A DNA stretch of 64,000 bases from Escherichia coli. Lineage in GTDB: Bacteria; Pseudomonadota; Gammaproteobacteria; Enterobacterales; Enterobacteriaceae. Below are positions 25,658 to 35,618 of this stretch, one piece after another; position 1 is the stretch's first letter; the number at the start of each line of letters is the position of its first letter. The notes below the pieces were generated by a model, which was not told where the DNA came from, did no database searches, and was given only the letters and a program-made list of their open reading frames with translations. The position numbers and the translations under genes are program-made. The stretch lies in NCBI RefSeq assembly GCF_029227855.1, contig NZ_CP074356.1. One strand, given 5' to 3'.

Positions 25658-26083
25658 CTATATTAATGGTCTGTTATTTTCAACATCTTCCATGTACAAA
25701 AGATCGTGATCAAACGAATAGTAAAACCTTATGTTTTTATCTATATCTGTAATCCAGCGATAAACACCTGCTTTTGCTAAAGTGAGACGATATTGATGAA
25801 ATGTAGATTTACCTGATATAAGATTTCTGGCTGCTTCTTTAATTAATTCTGGTTTCTTTGATGTGCTAACTTTCACAAGTCCTCTACTGCCTCGAACTAA
25901 TAAAATATTATCATCATGAGTAATTAGTCTTATATTATCAGTAGCCAGATAATAAATATAATGCGCAATATTATGGCGTTTTAATTCGGAGTAAAACCAT
26001 GGGAAGTATAAATTACTTCTAACGTGTTCGAATATCTCTTGAAAAATATCTGCCTGCTCCATCAGGAAATATCCTCTTGTCAC
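25658..26083 (-). CDS. ydfO: DUF1398 protein (YdfO/YbcV-like)
   Basis: ..FPWFYSELKRHNIAHYIYYLATDNIRLITHDDNILLVRG...YMEDVENNRPLI resembles recalled YdfO/YbcV. AT-rich. Lies between the lysis and terminase genes, as in Qin. Confidence 0.6.
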   Translation of the reverse strand: MTRGYFLMEQADIFQEIFEHVRSNLYFPWFYSELKRHNIAHYIYYLATDNIRLITHDDNILLVRGSRGLVKVSTSKKPELIKEAARNLISGKSTFHQYRLTLAKAGVYRWITDIDKNIRFYYSFDHDLLYMEDVENNRPLI

Positions 26084-26414
26084 TGCTACTTCTTACCATG
26101 AGCTTAGATAGTTTGCATGATTTGTTCTCTCACATCAATCTGATCCGACCTCATTGAGGTGGGCGTTGTGAATACCTGATAAGAAATGTGGGTCCTCCCA
26201 ATGGGGGAGGCTGGCACGGGGCGGGAGCGTCGCGGAAAAAGGCTAGTTTTTGCATTTCCATGGCGGCGGCAGCATGTTTGGTAATTTATTGATAATTAAA
26301 AGTTATTTCCCTTTTCACCTGTACAATATTTTTTTCTTCCTGTCATTAGACCAGTTTGCAATTAATTGAAATATATAAATAAACCTGATTTTCACCTGCC
26401 AGATGGAGTTGCTT

Positions 26415-26942
26415 ATGTCAAATGTGAGCGGGATCGGTGATGCTTATTACTGGAGTGTTTTTAAAATCGCCGAGGCCTTTGGGCTTCACCGGGACACAGT
26501 AAAAAAACGGCTCCTCGCGGCCAACACTCCTGTGGCTGCGACTGTCAGGGGGAACCCCGTTTACGCCCTGCAGCATGTCGGGCCCGCCCTGTTTAGTGTG
26601 AAGCATGAGGCAGCAGACTCTGTTCATGATCCATCCCGTATGGAGCCGAAAGAGAGAAAGGACTGGTACCAGTCTGAAAATGAAAGGATCAAGCTGGAAA
26701 AGGAGCAGCGAAAACTCATCCCAGTTGATGAAGTAGTCATCGTCTATTCGTCCATGAGAAAGGCTGTCGTCCAGGTTCTGGAGACAATTCCGGATGTTCT
26801 TGAACGCGATTGCGCTCTGACTCCTCAGGCCGTCGGCGTTGTACAGCAGGCCATTGATGACCTGCGATACACTCTTCAGGAAAAATCCTACGAGGCTTGT
26901 GCTGCTGAATTAATTCCTGATGAGGAAGGAGAGAGTCTCTAG
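26415..26942 (+). CDS. terminase small subunit (HTH type)
   Basis: Immediately upstream of the large terminase. The N-terminal HTH-like segment is FKIAEAFGLHRDTVKKRLLAANTP. The start is chosen at the second Met, with GGAG upstream. Confidence 0.65.
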   Translation: MSNVSGIGDAYYWSVFKIAEAFGLHRDTVKKRLLAANTPVAATVRGNPVYALQHVGPALFSVKHEAADSVHDPSRMEPKERKDWYQSENERIKLEKEQRKLIPVDEVVIVYSSMRKAVVQVLETIPDVLERDCALTPQAVGVVQQAIDDLRYTLQEKSYEACAAELIPDEEGESL

Positions 26943-26950
26943 GAGGAATA

Positions 26951-29050
26951 ATGGGTTTTTCATCAGCCCGAAATTTGGGAAGGGACATATCGGCAGGATT
27001 TTCCCCACCACGTCGCATGCCGATTTCGGAGGCTGTTAAAAAATTCATGCGTGTTCCCAAGGGGGCTGGTAACTCGGTGCCATGGGATCCTGAACTGACA
27101 CCCTACATCATTGAGCCCATGAACTGCCTGGCATCGCGTGAATACGATGCGGTGATTTTTGTTGGTCCTGCGCGAACAGGGAAGACCATTGGTCTGATCG
27201 ATGGATGGATTGTCTATACCATCGTTTGCGATCCTTCGGACATGCTCGTTGTGCAGATGACCGAAGATAAGGCCCGCGAGCATTCTAAAAAGCGCCTCGA
27301 CAGAACGTTCAGAAGCAGTGCGGCGGTAAAGAAAAGAATGAGTCCACGTCGTAACGACAATAATGTCCATGATAAGAAGTTCAGGGATGGCTCGTTCCTT
27401 AAAATTGGTTGGCCCTCGGTCAACATTATGTCGTCGTCGGATTACCGGTTTGTCGCCTTAACCGATTACGACCGTTTTCCGGAGAATATCGACAGCGAGG
27501 GTGATGGTTTCTCCCTGGCCTCAAAACGTACCACCACATTTATGTCCGCCGGGATGACTCTGGTGGAGAGCTCGCCGGGACGTGACATCTGCGACAGCAA
27601 ATGGCGACGTAAGTCGCCTCATGAAGCGCCACCGACGACTGGTATTCTTTCCCTTTACAATCGTGGTGACCGCCGCCGCTGGTACTGGCCATGTCCGCAC
27701 TGCGGTGAATATTTTCAGCCAGCTATGGATGCCATGACCGGCTACCGTAATGAACCGGATCCCTTTAAAGCCAGTGAGGCGGCGTATCTACTTTGCCCGC
27801 ACTGCAGCGGCATTATCACTGCGGAGAAAAAGCGTGAGCTCAATAGTGCAGGAGTCTGGTTGCGTGAAGGTCAGGTCATTGATCGTAACGGCAACGTTTC
27901 CGGTGAACCGCGCCGCTCCCGTATCGCCAGTTTCTGGATGGAAGGGCCAGCTGCTGCGTATCAGACCTGGGCGCAACTGGTTTACAAATTACTGACTGCA
28001 GAACAGGAGTATGAAGCGACAGGAAGCGAAGAAACACTCAGGGCGGTTATCAACACCGACTGGGGATTGCCTTATCTTCCTCGTGCCAGCATGGAGCAAC
28101 GAAAAAGTGAACTGCTTGAGCAGCGGGCAGAGCCAGTTCCTTCCTGCAGTGTGCCGGATGGCGTTAATTTCCTTGTGGCGACAGTGGATGTGCAGGCGGG
28201 ACGTCATCGCCGTTTTGTGGTTCAGGTAACTGGCTATGGCAGTCGTGGCGAACGCTGGATTATTGATCGTTACAATATCACGCAGTCATTGCGCAGTGAC
28301 TGCGACGGGGAGAGCCAGCGAATTGATCCGGCCAGCTATCCGGAAGACTGGGATGTCCTGCTGACGGATGTTTTTCATAAAAGCTGGCCGCTGGCCTCCG
28401 ATCCTTCTCAACAAATGCGACTGATGGCAATGGCGGTGGACTCCGGCGGTGAAGACGGGGTCACTGATAATGCCTATAAATTCTGGCGTCGTTGCCGTCG
28501 TGATGGCCTTGGTAAACGTATTTACCTGTTTAAGGGCGACAGCATCCGGCGCGCAAAACTGATCACCCGTACATTCCCTGATAACACCGGACGAACGGGC
28601 CGACGGGCGCAGGCCGCAGGTGATGTGCCGCTCTGGCTTCTTCAGACGGATGCACTGAAAGACCGGGTGAATAACGCGTTATGGCGTGACTCGCCAGGTC
28701 CCGGCTATGTGCATTTCCCTGACTGGCTGGGGAGCTGGTTTTACGACGAACTGACGTATGAAGAGCGGAGCAGTGACGGGAAATGGAGTAAGCCGGGTCG
28801 CGGTGCCAACGAAGCTTTTGACCTGATGGTGTATGCCGAGGCTCTGGTCATTCTGCATGGATACGAAAAGATCCGCTGGCCGGATGCACCGGAGTGGGCG
28901 AGCCGGGAAACCTGGCTGGAGTGTGTCCCGGACAGTACCGAACCGTCACCCTCACCGGAACCGGTATCCACGCCTGTTAAAAAACAAAAACGGAAGAAAA
29001 CAGTAACTGACGATGTTAACCCCTGGCTGACTTCCGGAGGATGGTTATGA
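26951..29050 (+). CDS. terminase large subunit (lambda GpA family)
   Basis: 699 aa. The Walker-A-like segment is VGPARTGKT. Size and position match lambda A. Confidence 0.85.
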   Translation: MGFSSARNLGRDISAGFSPPRRMPISEAVKKFMRVPKGAGNSVPWDPELTPYIIEPMNCLASREYDAVIFVGPARTGKTIGLIDGWIVYTIVCDPSDMLVVQMTEDKAREHSKKRLDRTFRSSAAVKKRMSPRRNDNNVHDKKFRDGSFLKIGWPSVNIMSSSDYRFVALTDYDRFPENIDSEGDGFSLASKRTTTFMSAGMTLVESSPGRDICDSKWRRKSPHEAPPTTGILSLYNRGDRRRWYWPCPHCGEYFQPAMDAMTGYRNEPDPFKASEAAYLLCPHCSGIITAEKKRELNSAGVWLREGQVIDRNGNVSGEPRRSRIASFWMEGPAAAYQTWAQLVYKLLTAEQEYEATGSEETLRAVINTDWGLPYLPRASMEQRKSELLEQRAEPVPSCSVPDGVNFLVATVDVQAGRHRRFVVQVTGYGSRGERWIIDRYNITQSLRSDCDGESQRIDPASYPEDWDVLLTDVFHKSWPLASDPSQQMRLMAMAVDSGGEDGVTDNAYKFWRRCRRDGLGKRIYLFKGDSIRRAKLITRTFPDNTGRTGRRAQAAGDVPLWLLQTDALKDRVNNALWRDSPGPGYVHFPDWLGSWFYDELTYEERSSDGKWSKPGRGANEAFDLMVYAEALVILHGYEKIRWPDAPEWASRETWLECVPDSTEPSPSPEPVSTPVKKQKRKKTVTDDVNPWLTSGGWL

Positions 29051-29259
29051 ACCAGAATGATATCGAAGCCATGATTCAGCGTTATACGGAAGCTGAAATG
29101 GCGGTGCTGGACGGAAAATCCGTCACCTTTAATGGTCAGCAGATGACCATGGAAAACTTATCTGAGATCCGGCAGGGACGGCAGGAGTGGGAGCGCCGCC
29201 TTGCGGCTCTGATTACACGACGACGGGGGCATCCCGGGTACCGGCTGGCGAGGTTCTGA
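29041..29259 (+). CDS. head-tail joining protein W-like
   Basis: 72-aa ORF between terminase and portal, overlapping both ends, as lambda W does. Confidence 0.7.
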   Translation: MVMNQNDIEAMIQRYTEAEMAVLDGKSVTFNGQQMTMENLSEIRQGRQEWERRLAALITRRRGHPGYRLARF

Positions 29260-30767
29260 TGGCAATTCTTGATGATGTGATTGGCGTTTTTTCACCAGGA
29301 TGGAAAGCGGCAAGGCTGCGTTCCCGGGCGGTGATCCAGGCTTATGAGGCCGTAAAAACGACGCGGACACACAAAGCCCGGCGGGAAAACCGAACTGCCG
29401 ACCAGTTAAGCCTCTACGGGGCCGTGTCGTTACGTGAGCAGGCCCGTTACCTTGATAACAACCACGATCTGGTCATTGGTGTATTTGACAAGCTGGAAGA
29501 ACGGGTGGTGGGGAAAAACGGGATTATTGTCGAGCCACATCCGGTATTACGCAATGGGGCCATTGCCCGTGATCTGGCAGCGGAGATACGCACCCGATGG
29601 AGTGAATGGTCTGTCAGTCCGGAAGTTACCGGGCAGTTTACCCGTCCGATGCTGGAACGTCTGATGCTGCGTACCTGGCTGCGCGATGGTGAGGTGTTTG
29701 CCCAGATGGTTTCCGGGCGCATAAACAGCCTGACGCCTTCTGCCGGTGTTCATTTCTGGCTGGAGGCACTCGAGCCAGACTTTATTCCCATGACCAGTGA
29801 TGAGAGCAACAGGCTGAATCAGGGCGTGTTTGTTGATGACTGGGGGCGTCCCGAAAAATATCTGGTGTATAAAAGTCGTCCTGTATCCGGACGGCAGATG
29901 GAAACCAAAGAAGTGGATGCAGAGCGAATGCTGCATCTTAAATTTGTTCGCCGTCTGCACCAGATGCGCGGGACGTCTTTATTGTCCGGTGTGCTGATCC
30001 GCCTCAGTGCCCTGAAAGAATATGAAGATTCTGAGCTGACTGCAGCAAGGATCGCTGCTGCTCTGGGGATGTACATCCGCAAAGGCGACGGACAGAGCTA
30101 TGAAACGGATGGTAATGACAGCAAGGAGAATGAACGCGAGCTTACCATTCAGCCAGGCATTATTTACGACGATCTGAAACCCGGCGAAGAAATCGGAATG
30201 GTGAAGTCGGATCGCCCCAATCCTAACCTTGAAACTTTTCGTAATGGTCAGTTGCGTGCCGTGGCGGCGGGCAGTCGTCTGAGTTTTTCCAGTACAGCGC
30301 GCAACTATAACGGCACTTACAGCGCCCAGCGTCAGGAGCTGGTTGAATCCACTGATGGCTACCTGATCCTGCAGGACTGGTTTATTGGTGCCGTCACCCG
30401 CCCGATGTATCGTGCCTGGCTGAAACAGGCTGTGGCATCCGGTGTTATCAGGCTACCCCGCGATCTTGACCGTTCTTCACTGTATACCGCGGTGTATTCC
30501 GGACCGGTGATGCCGTGGATTGACCCTGTTAAGGAGGCTGAGGCCTGGAAAATTCAGATTCGTGGTGGAGCGGCGACAGAATCAGACTGGGTACGTGCAG
30601 GTGGTCGTAATCCGGATGATGTCAAACGTCGGCGCAAGGCAGAAATTGATGAAAACCGCAAGCTGGATCTGGTATTTGATACCGATCCGGCCAGTGATAA
30701 AGGAGGCAGCAGTGCCGCAACGAAACGACAGGAGCCGCAGCACACCGACGACCAGTCCGAAGAATAA
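29259..30767 (+). CDS. portal protein (lambda B family)
   Basis: The start sits in a TGATG overlap with W. ~502 aa, in the position of lambda B. Confidence 0.85.
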   Translation: MAILDDVIGVFSPGWKAARLRSRAVIQAYEAVKTTRTHKARRENRTADQLSLYGAVSLREQARYLDNNHDLVIGVFDKLEERVVGKNGIIVEPHPVLRNGAIARDLAAEIRTRWSEWSVSPEVTGQFTRPMLERLMLRTWLRDGEVFAQMVSGRINSLTPSAGVHFWLEALEPDFIPMTSDESNRLNQGVFVDDWGRPEKYLVYKSRPVSGRQMETKEVDAERMLHLKFVRRLHQMRGTSLLSGVLIRLSALKEYEDSELTAARIAAALGMYIRKGDGQSYETDGNDSKENERELTIQPGIIYDDLKPGEEIGMVKSDRPNPNLETFRNGQLRAVAAGSRLSFSSTARNYNGTYSAQRQELVESTDGYLILQDWFIGAVTRPMYRAWLKQAVASGVIRLPRDLDRSSLYTAVYSGPVMPWIDPVKEAEAWKIQIRGGAATESDWVRAGGRNPDDVKRRRKAEIDENRKLDLVFDTDPASDKGGSSAATKRQEPQHTDDQSEE

Positions 30768-32739
30768 TTCCTGGTTCAGGATGCAGGCTGGTCACCAGAG
30801 TGACGCGGATATTTATATTTATGACGAGATTGGTTTCTGGGGTGTTACAGCGAAGCAGTTTATCAGTGATCTGAATGCACTGGGCGATATCACCCACATT
30901 AATCTCCATATCAATTCACCGGGTGGCGATGTCTTTGAAGGCATCGCCATTTTTAATGCGCTGAAAACACATGGTGCGTCCATTACCGTTTATGTCGACG
31001 GTGTGGCGGCGTCAATGGCGTCGGTCATTGCGATGGTGGGAAACCCGGTCATTATGCCGGAAAACACCTTCATGATGATTCATAAACCATTTGGCTTTAC
31101 GGGCGGTGATGCGGAGGACATGCGCACCTATGCCGACCTGCTCGATAAGGTTGAGGCGGTTCTGTTACCCGCTTATGCACAGAAAACCGGGAAAACCACC
31201 GATGAAATTGCTGCCATGCTGGCGGATGAGACCTGGATGTCCGGTGCCGAATGTCTGGCACATGGATTTGCTGATCAGGTGACGCCAGCCGTTAAGGCAA
31301 TGGCATGTATTCAGTCAAAACGTACAGAGGAATTTAAAAAGATGCCGGAATCCATTCGAAACATGATTACTCCGCCACGCAACAGTGCTCCACGCGTACA
31401 GGATGATGAACCTGCAGCCTCCCGGACGCCAGTGCAGGCAGCAGCACCCGTGGTGGATGAAAACAGTATCCGTGCGCAGGTACTGGCAGAGCAAAAAGCG
31501 CGTGTAAACGGTATTAATGATCTGTTTGCCATGTTTGGCGGGCGTTATCAGACGCTGCAGGCTCAGTGTCTTGCCGATCCTGAGTGTTCGCTGGAGCAGG
31601 CCCGCGAAAAGCTGTTGAACGAGATGGGGCGCGAGTCCACGCCATCCAATAAAAATACACCGGCTCATATTTATGCTGGTAACGGTAATTTTGTGGGGGA
31701 CGGGATCCGCCAGGCGCTGATGGCGCGTGCCGGATTTGAAAAAACCGAACGTGATAATGTCTACAACGGGATGACCCTGCGTGAATATGCCCGTATGTCA
31801 CTGACTGAACGGGGTATTGGGGTTTCCGGTTATAACCCGATGCAGATGGTCGGTGCGGCGTTCACCCACAGTACGTCTGACTTCGGTAATATTCTGCTGG
31901 ATGTTGCGAACAAAGCCATTCTGCAGGGCTGGGAAGATGCTCCTGAAACCTATGAACAATGGACGCGGAAAGGTCAGTTGTCTGATTTTAAAATTGCCCA
32001 TCGTGTGGGTATGGGGGGCTTCAGTGCTCTGCGTCAGGTGCGTGAAGGGGCGGAATATAAATACGTCACCACCGGAGATAAACAGGCCACTATTGCACTG
32101 GCGACCTATGGCGAGCTGTTCAGTATCACCCGTCAGGCCATTATCAATGATGATCTGAATATGCTGACCGATGTCCCGATGAAACTGGGCCGTGCGGCGA
32201 AATCCACTATTGCCGATCTGGTTTATGCCATTCTGACGTCTAACCCGAAAATCTCCACAGATAATGTAAGTCTGTTCGATAAAGCGAAACATGCAAACGT
32301 ACTGGAGAGCGCTGCAATGGACGTGGCATCGCTGGATAAAGCCCGCCAGTTGATGCGCGTTCAGAAAGAGGGGGAGCGTCATCTGAATATTCGTCCTGCG
32401 TTCGTACTGGTACCGACGGCGATGGAGTCTGTTGCTAACCAGGTCATTCGCTCCTCAAGTGTCAAGGGGGCTGACATTAACGCCGGTATTATTAACCCGG
32501 TGAAAGATTTTGCGACCGTTATTGCAGAGCCTCGTCTTGATGATAACAGCCAGACCACCTTCTACCTGGCTGCGTCAAAAGGCTCCGATACGATTGAAGT
32601 GGCTTATCTCAACGGTGTGGATACGCCATATATTGATCAGATGGAGGGCTTCAGTGTGGATGGCGTGACAACGAAAGTGCGTATTGACGCCGGTGTCGCG
32701 CCAGTTGATCACCGCGGTCTGGTGAAATGTACGGCGTAA
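30712..32739 (+). CDS. prohead protease (ClpP/S49-like) - scaffold-like linker - major capsid protein fusion
   Basis: GTG 30712 follows AGGAGG (alternative ATG 30781). The N-terminus has IYIYDEIGFWG...INSPGGDVFEG...ASMASVIAM (a ClpP-type Ser context), followed by a helical linker and a ~300-aa capsid-like C-terminus. Confidence 0.75.
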   Translation: MPQRNDRSRSTPTTSPKNNSWFRMQAGHQSDADIYIYDEIGFWGVTAKQFISDLNALGDITHINLHINSPGGDVFEGIAIFNALKTHGASITVYVDGVAASMASVIAMVGNPVIMPENTFMMIHKPFGFTGGDAEDMRTYADLLDKVEAVLLPAYAQKTGKTTDEIAAMLADETWMSGAECLAHGFADQVTPAVKAMACIQSKRTEEFKKMPESIRNMITPPRNSAPRVQDDEPAASRTPVQAAAPVVDENSIRAQVLAEQKARVNGINDLFAMFGGRYQTLQAQCLADPECSLEQAREKLLNEMGRESTPSNKNTPAHIYAGNGNFVGDGIRQALMARAGFEKTERDNVYNGMTLREYARMSLTERGIGVSGYNPMQMVGAAFTHSTSDFGNILLDVANKAILQGWEDAPETYEQWTRKGQLSDFKIAHRVGMGGFSALRQVREGAEYKYVTTGDKQATIALATYGELFSITRQAIINDDLNMLTDVPMKLGRAAKSTIADLVYAILTSNPKISTDNVSLFDKAKHANVLESAAMDVASLDKARQLMRVQKEGERHLNIRPAFVLVPTAMESVANQVIRSSSVKGADINAGIINPVKDFATVIAEPRLDDNSQTTFYLAASKGSDTIEVAYLNGVDTPYIDQMEGFSVDGVTTKVRIDAGVAPVDHRGLVKCTA

Positions 32740-32825
32740 ACGTCGCAGACAACAACTCTGATGGCCCGTAAGGGCTTTTTTTGTACCTGAAATCAGCCCC
32801 TGAACGGGGCTGTGCGGAGACAGTT

Positions 32826-33149
32826 ATGGCAAAGAATTTTGTAGAAGAAGGAAAAACGGTGGCGATTGTTGCCAGTGCAGCCATCAGCAGCGGAGAGCTG
32901 GTGCAGGTGGGTGATGTTTTTGCGGTGGCGCTGACCGATATTCCACAGGGTGAAACAGGCGACGGCATGACCGAAGGTGTGTTTATGCTGCCTAAGCTGA
33001 AAACGGATGACATGAAAACGGGTAAGAAGGTTTATCTGAAGTCCGGAAAAGTTCAGCTGACTAACAGCGGCTCTGATCCGCTGGTCGGGGTTGTCTGGGC
33101 AGATGCCGGAACCAGTGCAGAAGAAGTGCCGGTAAAACTCAATGTCTGA
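32826..33149 (+). CDS. DUF2190-type head decoration/cement protein
   Basis: 107 aa, MAKNFVEEGKTVAIVASAAISSGELVQVGDVFAVALTDIPQGETGDGMTEGVF.. Position is after the capsid gene. Confidence 0.6.
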   Translation: MAKNFVEEGKTVAIVASAAISSGELVQVGDVFAVALTDIPQGETGDGMTEGVFMLPKLKTDDMKTGKKVYLKSGKVQLTNSGSDPLVGVVWADAGTSAEEVPVKLNV

Positions 33150-33417
33150 TCCCTTTTCCCGGCTGGCAGCGCGTATGGATGCGATCACGGTCAGAAAGAT
33201 GGGAAAGACAGCCTCGATTAATGATGTCGATATGACTGTGATCCCGGGAGAAACACTGGCAGAGCTGAATGCTCTGTCCGGACCTGCGGTCTCTCTGGTG
33301 GTGTTTTCTTCGGGATACCGCCCACGGCGCGGGGATCGCGTTGTTTATGACGGACAACAATGGACGGTCACACGGCATGAACGCTTTAACGGTAAGCCAA
33401 TGATCTTTATTGAGTAA
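33142..33417 (+). CDS. head-tail connector protein (FII position)
   Basis: 91-aa ORF between the decoration protein and the Z-like gene. The call is positional only. Confidence 0.45.
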   Translation: MSDPFSRLAARMDAITVRKMGKTASINDVDMTVIPGETLAELNALSGPAVSLVVFSSGYRPRRGDRVVYDGQQWTVTRHERFNGKPMIFIE

Positions 33418-33428
33418 AGAGGTGTGGG

Positions 33429-34019
33429 ATGAAGGGGCTTGAGAATGCCATCCGCAATCTGAACAGCCTTGATACCCGTATGGTGCCACAGGCCAGCGCA
33501 TGGGCGATAAACCGTGTGGCACAGAAAGCGGTCTCGGTTGCCACCCGGCAGGTTGCCGGGAATACCGTTGCGGGAGATAACCAGGTGAAAGGGATCCCCC
33601 TGAAACTGGTACGTCAGCGTGTCCGGGTGTTTAAAGCCAGTCCGTCAGGAAAAATGACGGCCAGGATCCGCGTTAACCGGGGCAATCTGCCCGCCATCAA
33701 ACTGAACACAACACGGCGGCGTGCTGGTGAAGGACTGAGAGTGGGAAAATACTTTTTCCGGGGGGCATTTGTTCAGCAACTGGCGAATGGCCGCTGGCAT
33801 GTTCTGAGGCGTCTTCCTGAAGCGCGTTTTGCAACAGGGCATGACCATCAGGGCAGGCCAAGAAAAAATCGTCTTCCTGTGGAGGTAGTGAAAATCCCGC
33901 TGTCCGGACCGCTGACACAGGCATTTGAAGATGCCCGCGACCACATCATTGCTGCGGAAATGCCGAAACAGCTGGGGTATGCACTGAAACAACAACTGAG
34001 GTTATGGCTGACCCGATGA
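33429..34019 (+). CDS. minor tail protein Z-like
   Basis: 196 aa (lambda Z is 192 aa); gene order. Confidence 0.6.
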   Translation: MKGLENAIRNLNSLDTRMVPQASAWAINRVAQKAVSVATRQVAGNTVAGDNQVKGIPLKLVRQRVRVFKASPSGKMTARIRVNRGNLPAIKLNTTRRRAGEGLRVGKYFFRGAFVQQLANGRWHVLRRLPEARFATGHDHQGRPRKNRLPVEVVKIPLSGPLTQAFEDARDHIIAAEMPKQLGYALKQQLRLWLTR

Positions 34020-34417
34020 ACCGACATACACAAATCCGCCAGGTCGTACTGGCACGCCTTCGGGAACAGTGTGGAGACAGCGCCACGTTTTTTGACGGGC
34101 TTCCGGCATTTATTGATGCGCAGGAACTGCCTGCCGTGGCGGTGTGGCTGAGTGATGCTCAGTACACCGGAAAAATGACGGATGAAGATGACTGGCAGGC
34201 TGTTCTGCATATTGCCGTCTTCATCCGGGCACAGGCACCGGATTCAGAGCTGGATATGTGGATGGAGAGCACCATTTTCCCGGCCCTGAATGATGTACCG
34301 GCACTTTCCGGACTCATCGACACCCTGAACCCACTCGGTTTTAACTATCAACGTGATAATGAGATGGCCACCTGGGCGATGGCGGAAATCACGTACCAGA
34401 TCACGTACACGAATTAA
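34004..34417 (+). CDS. tail terminator protein U-like
   Basis: 137 aa, directly upstream of the major tail protein. Confidence 0.6.
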   Translation: MADPMNRHTQIRQVVLARLREQCGDSATFFDGLPAFIDAQELPAVAVWLSDAQYTGKMTDEDDWQAVLHIAVFIRAQAPDSELDMWMESTIFPALNDVPALSGLIDTLNPLGFNYQRDNEMATWAMAEITYQITYTN

Positions 34418-34427
34418 GGAGGTGGTA

Positions 34428-35171
34428 ATGACCACACCAAATCCACTGGCAAAGACGAAAGGTGCGGGGACGACGTTCTGGATGTATACCGGCAACGGCG
34501 ATGCGTTTGCGAACCCTTTGTCGGACACTGACTGGCTGCGTCTTGCGATGGTGAAGGATCTGCAACCTGGCGAAATGACCGCTGATGCAGAAGATGACAC
34601 TTATCTCGATGATGAAGATGCAGACTGGAAAACGACAACCCAGGGGCAGAAATCCGTTGGTGATACTTCGGCGACGCTGGCCTGGCGTCCGGGTGACAGC
34701 GGGCAGAAAAAACTGGTTCAGTTGTTCGACTCCGGTGAAGTCTGCGCGTTTCGTATCAAATATCCCAACGGCACTGTTGATGTTTTCCGTGGCTGGCTGA
34801 GCTCACTGGGTAAAACCATTGCCTCAAAAGACGTGATGACCCGCACTGTGAAAATCAGCGGTGTGGGGCGTCCGTATCTGGCAGAGGAAGGCACTGAAAC
34901 CGTGAGCGTTACCGGGCTGACAGTATCACCGGCGTCTGCCAGTGTAAAAGTGGGAGCAACCACCACGCTGACCTTTACAGTAAAACCTGACGGAGCCAGT
35001 GACAAAGCGATCAGTGTGCATTCGTCAGATCCACAGACTGCCACGGTTACCCTGAACGGACTTGTGGCCACGGTAAAAGGCGTGAAGCAGGGCAGTGTCA
35101 GCATTGTGGGCATGACCGCTGACGGGAATTTTGTGGCTGTGGCTGCGGTGACTGTCAGCGCCGCAGGTTAA
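34428..35171 (+). CDS. major tail protein V with a C-terminal Ig-like (Big_2) domain
   Basis: SD AAGGAGG. MTTPNPLAKTKGAGTTFWMY.. The C-terminal segment VTGLTVSPASASVKVGATTTLTFTVKPDGASDKAISVHSSDPQTATV is Big_2-like. Confidence 0.8.
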   Translation: MTTPNPLAKTKGAGTTFWMYTGNGDAFANPLSDTDWLRLAMVKDLQPGEMTADAEDDTYLDDEDADWKTTTQGQKSVGDTSATLAWRPGDSGQKKLVQLFDSGEVCAFRIKYPNGTVDVFRGWLSSLGKTIASKDVMTRTVKISGVGRPYLAEEGTETVSVTGLTVSPASASVKVGATTTLTFTVKPDGASDKAISVHSSDPQTATVTLNGLVATVKGVKQGSVSIVGMTADGNFVAVAAVTVSAAG

Positions 35172-35228
35172 CAGGACGATACTCATCATTTGCCCCGGTT
35201 ATCCGGGGCTTTTTTGCAGGTGGAGAAC

Positions 35229-35618
35229 ATGATGTTTCTGAAACAGGGCACGTTTAATTATGAAAAACAGTCCGTGGTGCTCAGTGAGCTGTCCGGGCTG
35301 CAGAGAATTGAATATCTGGCGTTTGTTCAGCAGCGAACGGCAAAGTTTGATGCCGGTGAGGGAGAACTGCCGGAGGCTGAACGACAGATTGCTTTTCTGC
35401 GGATGGGGATGGATATCAATGCCTGGCTGGTTTCCCGCTCACTGTGGAATGCGGATCAGTCTAAGGATGTAGAGACGCTTTGCGCATCCGTTATTACAAC
35501 ATGGTCGTATGATGCCCTGGGTGCGGGGGCGGAGATGGTTCTGTCGCTGAGCGGTATGGGGGCCATTGATAATGCCGGGGATGATGAGCATGAGGCGCTG
35601 ACGCCGGAAAAGTCCTGA
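35229..35618 (+). CDS. tail assembly chaperone G
   Basis: ~129 aa, in the position between V and the tape measure protein. Confidence 0.75.
   Translation: MMFLKQGTFNYEKQSVVLSELSGLQRIEYLAFVQQRTAKFDAGEGELPEAERQIAFLRMGMDINAWLVSRSLWNADQSKDVETLCASVITTWSYDALGAGAEMVLSLSGMGAIDNAGDDEHEALTPEKS

Noticed and set aside
31798-32382. 194-aa minus-strand ORF within the capsid part of the protease-capsid gene
   Set aside because: It is an antisense shadow ORF. The plus-strand frame is continuous and fits the gene order.
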